A stretch of DNA of 64,000 nt, taken from positions 48,050,001-48,114,000 of the forward strand of contig OZ024740.1 in assembly GCA_964016885.1 (NCBI GenBank). Reading direction: 5' to 3'. The notes beneath the pieces are model-generated. The model was given only the letters and a program-made list of their open reading frames with translations, was not told the DNA's origin and did no database searches. Of this stretch, positions 58,861-64,000 are shown piece after piece. Numbering within the stretch: the first letter of the stretch is position 1; every line of letters begins with the position of its first letter. The translations under genes were made by a program, and so were the position numbers. This stretch comes from Eledone cirrhosa. Lineage: Eukaryota.

Positions 58861-60724
58861 TCTGTGAGACCCCAAGCTGCAGCCCAGTCAACCCCCACCC
58901 TGGTTTGGGGATGAACCTCGGCTTCTGTCTACTGGTTCTTCTTAGCAGTTTATACAGAGACAAAATTAAGAACGTTTCTTATCATTTTGTCTTAAAATTC
59001 TACTTTCGTTTTTATCCGATATGAAAGTAGTAGTAGTGGTGGTAGTAGTGGCGGTGGTAGTGGCGGTGGTGGTGTTTCTGTATTAAAAATAGAAAATAGA
59101 TGTGCGTCAAAAACTTTTTCTGTTCGGCTGTTTTATTGTTATTTAGCCCCAAGCCAACCCTGAACGAGCTAACTTATGGTTAAACGTATTCCATCCGTGA
59201 CTATCCCACCGTTTCCTATCTGTACAGAACCCATACCTATATTATATGTGTCCTTTTTAAAGCAGTAGTGTGTGGTTTGGAGGAGATTTGGCTGCTATTT
59301 CTAGCAAGTCTTGCTATTGCTGTGGATGTGTAGTCAGCAGTGTCTTAGATGGTCATTTAACGTTTATTACTAATATATTTCCAGTATGACGACATCGGGT
59401 CCAATAACATGAAGTGTTTACTCGCTACGAGAGAAATTATAAAGGAAAGTTCCTAATTTATAATCTAATTCGTTCACATCAGTCTTTGACGAAACTAGGG
59501 AAAAAAATCCCATAAATCACGCCTTAAGAGTAAGTGCGTCAGCAAAAGTGGGAGGAGTGCTGAATAGCTATTGGTTCAATGTGTTGTGACTGACAGCGTC
59601 AAACACCGTAGCTTTCTCTAGCGAACGTTCTGCTTAAAAGTAAATTAGTTGCTTTGGAATTCAATTATAAAGTGCTATATAATAGCTGTTTATTCTAGTC
59701 AAACGGCACCTTGTCTGGTAGGAACTTGTTCCTACGAACACTTAACTCAGTCTATCGTCTCTCTTTATAAAAGAAAAATTACTAAAAGTGTGTTGGATCA
59801 CCCTACTCAAAAGAAAAGAAACGAGACTGGGTGACAAAAAAAGTATATATTTTGATAACCAATTTTAGCTGACCCTTTAAACTACCTAGACGAAATGAGG
59901 CAACATAACAGCAATGTTGTAAGTTATCAATCTATGTTTTTATGTATTTTGCCATTTTTTTCTACAAAAATGCGCTTTTATATGTTTTACAATCGAGTCG
60001 TTTGTTTTACTCAAGGTAAAATACGAGTGAGAAATGAGAAGAAAATAGTTTTCTCTTGTTTTTTGTTGTTTTCTATTATGAAACGTCACCGTTGTTATTT
60101 ATTTAAAGTTTTAATAATTTTAACCATACTTCTAGCTGTCTATAATAACAGAAGAGAAAGAGAGAGGGTAGACAGGAATGAATGAAGCTTTTCATGTGTT
60201 AATAAAACAATTTTAGCGCCATGCATTTTTATTAGCGCAGTTTTATTCTACTAAAAAAAAATATGGTACAGCACTATTTTTGTTTTCTCCCCACCCTTAC
60301 TCAATTCCAGGGGTCCACAAATAACATTTTAGCGCTGTAGAAACAATGCTTACAGACGACTCATTAAGTTAAGCATTGGTTATAACATTTAAGTTAACTT
60401 TAATTTTATCAAACAATATTGTATCTGCGGAAAATATTTTCTTTTAATGAGGCACGTATGTTTGTGTTTGAAGATTGGATGAGATATAAGATCAAGTTTT
60501 CCGTTTTTCATTAAAAAATTTTAATTCGTGGAGTTTTGTCAACTTTTATTCACCCGAATTGTTTTCTTTAATTCTGTTCCCTTAATAGAAAAATAAAGTC
60601 TTTGGTGAGATGCTACGAGTAAGAAAACAAAAATATCTCGTCAGATTCACCGGATTCTTTGCGTAAATGCATGTTAGGATTTGAGGTCTCCTCATCAGCT
60701 CGTGTGTGTGTGCTAGTGTTATAA

Positions 60725-61338
60725 GGATTCTTCTCCATACGGTTAAGCTTCTACCGTTCTACCGCAGGGCGAATAATCCTTATATAATAATAATAATAAT
60801 ATATATAATAATAAAATTGTGTCCAGTGCTCAGGTAATAATAGCTACACTCTATGTTAAATAAGGGTCCTACTCGTCATAACTAGTAAGATTTCATATAT
60901 ATATATAAGCTAATTATAGAAAAAATGTGACGGTATACAGCAGGTGCGTGTTTCGGTTCCCGGAATAACTGTTTCTACTTTTGGCACAAGGCCATCAAAT
61001 ACCCAGTACATTACTGGTACTTTATTTTATCGACCCCGTAAGGATGAAAGGCAAAGTTAACCTCGGCGGGATTTGAACTCAGACCGCAAAGGGACGTAAC
61101 TATGCTGGAAAGCATGGCGTCTGCGGGAACCGAACCACGTACCTGTTGTATGGGGTCGCATTTTTTCTTTAATATTTAGCTAATATATATATGAAACCTG
61201 ACTAGTGAGACCGTTATTTAACTTAGTAATTAGGAAAAGTAGAGTGTAGCTATTATACGGATTCTTTGTCCGGCGGTTAACTTTATACCGTTTCGATAGC
61301 ACGAAACGGTAGAAGCTTAACCGTAGGGAAAAGAATCC
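60725..61338. mobile_element. Long-TIR foldback MITE with a SINE fragment (60964-61122, minus) as its centre
   Basis: GGATTCTTCTCCATACGGTTAAGCTTCTACCGTT / AACGGTAGAAGCTTAACCGTAGGGAAAAGAATCC, TTATAA on both sides; arms pair inward to TTCGGTTCCCG/CGGGAACCGAA. Confidence 0.8.
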
Positions 61339-61547
61339 TTATAATAATGTGTGTGTGTTTATGTATGTATGTATGTATATATATATATATATGTGTGTGT
61401 GTGTGAAAAATTTAGGACCTCTGGGGGTCCTGAATCTTTTCATATTACCCACTCTACTACCCCACGTATCGAGTATTCTGGTGGGTCTAGCTGGTTTTTA
61501 CTACACACTATCTGATGTGTGTGTACACACACACACACACACACGTT

Positions 61548-61825
61548 GAACCTCCGCCTGTTATGACCAGTGCTCCTGTTGATTCAATCAACGGAACTGC
61601 CTGCTCGTGAAACGGACCTGAAAGTTGCTGAACATTGCTCACACACGTTCACTCTTAGTTCTCAGGGAGATTCAGCGTGACACAGTGTGTGACATGGTTG
61701 GCCCCTTGAATTACAGCTGAGTGGACTGAAGCAACGTAAAATAAAGTGTCTTGTTACTCCAGGACACAACGCACTGCCCGGTCCGGGAATCGAACTCACG
61801 GTCATGAGACCATCACCCTAATCAC
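61548..61825 (-). mobile_element. SINE family 2
   Basis: Reverse complement of the 11385-11690 type. Confidence 0.75.
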
Positions 61826-62617
61826 TACAACGTTCTATTTTCATATTTCTTATTTCGAGCTCTATTGTCTGTGAAACCCAAATTCCTAAAATAAAATGGC
61901 ACGACTGATAATAATTATAATTTTAAATTGTCTCAACTTCAGTATATTTCAGTATATTTTAGTATTTTTGTTTACATTTTGTTCTTACAATCTTTCTATT
62001 TTCGCATTTTTTTTTTCTCTTTTAGAAATTAGCAAGTTTTTCTGAAAAAAAAGATTACTACAGAAATAGATTTTACCCGAGCTTTATTCTTTCCACCTAC
62101 ATTCTGCAGAAATATTTCAAACAAAAGAGATTATATTTCGTTTCACAATTTCTAATACTAAGTTGAATCAAGTAGACAATTTTGGTAATTCTATTGATGT
62201 CAGAATCAGTTGACTATTTTATTTGTTTATTTATTTATTATTATTATTTTGTGCATTTACACTCTCACACCCAAGTATTGTTTTACCTATTACCGTCAAG
62301 TTGTTTTACTGTCTCGGGAAATCTTATAGTATGATTTTCACGTTTATGCACTAAGTACTATCACATATAATTATTAAACTTGTGAGCTACATGGGCTCGT
62401 AAAGCGAAGGCTTAATTTTGAATTCAGTTGTATTAAGCAGATGGGACATAAATCTCCACCTCGATATGATGTCAATTGTGAACAAACTGAACGACAATAA
62501 ATTAAACATCTTGTGTGAGTAGTGCCTCCAGGACATATGTAATAATAATCAATATTTTCATTAGTTAATAAAGATATATAGGTCTTTTACTGAGACTGGA
62601 TTCAGTAATATTAAATA

Positions 62618-63054
62618 CTAGCCGAATTACCCGCGCCTTGTTGCGCATATTTTTTGTAAGAAAATGATGATTGATTTTAAATCAGTGATATAATTTATGG
62701 AGGAAAAACTCTGCATTTCAATATTACTCAATGTAAAATGTAATGCATGAAAAATTGGAAAACATTATTAAATCTTATTCTTATTTTGTTTCTTGTAAAT
62801 AATTTTTTTCAAAATATAAATTCAAAACTTTTGTGAAGAGGCATCATATCTTGTAATTTGCCTATGGTTTAAATTTCATATAAATCGGGGGTTTTGTGTC
62901 CCCGGGGAACCCTTTGATTAAAATGAAATATACTTATCCAAGTACCCTGGGCAATGTAGTTTCAGAATATATATGGTTATGGGGGATCTATCTCCAAAAC
63001 CATAGGAGTTCGTGAACAAACAAACAGACAGGAATACAACTTTATATATAGAGA
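62618..63054 (-). mobile_element. Non-autonomous Helitron
   Basis: Minus strand A|TCTCTATATATAAAG...(TGTT/TGTC)n...GCGC-aacaag-GCGC hairpin...CTAG|T: 5'-TC, 3'-CTAG, AT target, no TSD. Confidence 0.75.
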
Positions 63055-63419
63055 TACTAGTGGAGTAGTGCCGTCAATAATGACAGTAGGGACATTGATG
63101 TATTTTTATGTTTGGAATCTAGGACTGGGTGTACTATATATACCAGGATTATTGGATATATGAACAATCATAGAAACTGAGAAATTTGCGGTTTGTTAAA
63201 TTAATGGTTTGCATAAAAAGAACTCCCATAGCTTGTGTTGATTACTGACATCTAGAAGTGATTAAAGATAATACTTTTTTTCAATGTTTAATATTAGAAA
63301 ATTTACAACTGTTTATTGTTCAATAGATTTACATCAGCTCTAGTGTTCAATAAAGTCATTAAAATATATTCTGTATAATACTCAAATATATTTCTAGGAT
63401 AAAATTACATAGAAATAAT

Positions 63420-63492
63420 TGTTTCTACTTTTGGCACAAGGCCAGCAATTCACCAGTGCATTACTGGTACTTTATTTTATCGACCCCGTAAA
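63420..63492 (-). mobile_element. 5'-truncated SINE family 1 with TSD
   Basis: 14-bp TSD TACATAGAAATAAT (63406, 63493). Confidence 0.8.
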
Positions 63493-63600
63493 TACATAGA
63501 AATAATGAATTTAATACTTAGTCAAACATAGAAAAATAGTGTAGCATTGGAAAGAGCTATAGAGAAGAAATGAGGAAAAGAGCAGGGATTACTAGATAAT

Positions 63601-63783
63601 TGTTTATACGTTTGGCACAAGGCCAGCAATTAACCAGTACATTACTGGTACTTTATTTTATCGACTCCGTAAGGATGAAAGGCAAAGTTGACCTCGGCGG
63701 GATTTGAACTCAGAATGGAAAGGGCCATAACTCTATGCGTCAAAGCATGACGTCCGACCCTCTACCGATACTGCCAATCCACC
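63601..63783 (-). mobile_element. SINE family 1 with TSD
   Basis: 19-bp TSD GCAGGGATTACTAGATAAT (63582-63600, 63784-63802). Confidence 0.9.
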
Positions 63784-63802
63784 GCAGGGATTACTAGATA
63801 AT

Positions 63803-64000
63803 GAAAGAAAAGGGGAGGGAAGAAGTGGCACTGTTTCGTCTGTGCCCCGCAAACACAATGGCAAAGGCATTTCCGCGGACAATGGCCAGCGACACCTGCC
63901 GCAACAGCCACCCCACCTCGTGGGACTCCTTCCTCAGATAGGCTGCTGTCATTCTAATTTTACGGAGGAGGTCAGCTGTACGGAGTCCGATGATGCCTGA
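63803..64000 (-). mobile_element. CRE-like LINE 3' fragment (runs off the window)
   Basis: GIIGLRTADLLRKIR...WLLRQVSLAIVRGNAFAIV; similar to 52620-52780. Confidence 0.7.

Noticed and set aside
60660-60705. Hammerhead at CTGATGA-GGA...TCC (minus strand)
   Set aside because: GAAA is replaced by TAAC and there is no convincing stem I

Overview
This is AT-rich, repeat-dense animal DNA, most likely octopus/cephalopod (inferred from the SINE and RTE families). I found no host protein-coding gene I can confidently support. The window holds RTE LINEs carrying a PHD-like finger inside the RT region, decayed CR1-like, Tx1/L1-like and CRE-like LINE remnants, and two tRNA-SINE families. It also has a deleted mariner, hAT and piggyBac-type MITEs, a non-autonomous Helitron, a 4.3-kb 35/41-bp minisatellite and a 200-N gap. 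The most striking structure lies at about 36-49.5 kb. There, long (TA)n arrays are punctuated by short, mutually dissimilar cassettes, most carrying a minimal type-I hammerhead ribozyme motif (CUGANGA-stem II-GAAA-short stem III-NUH). These cassettes occur as palindromes, spaced inverted repeats or partial tandems, and one sits directly downstream of a GIY-YIG endonuclease ORF end. This is best read as a (TA)n-targeting, ribozyme-bearing Penelope-like/retrozyme-like assemblage. All calls come from reading the sequence by eye; no database search was run, and repeat boundaries are approximate unless a TSD or TIR is given.
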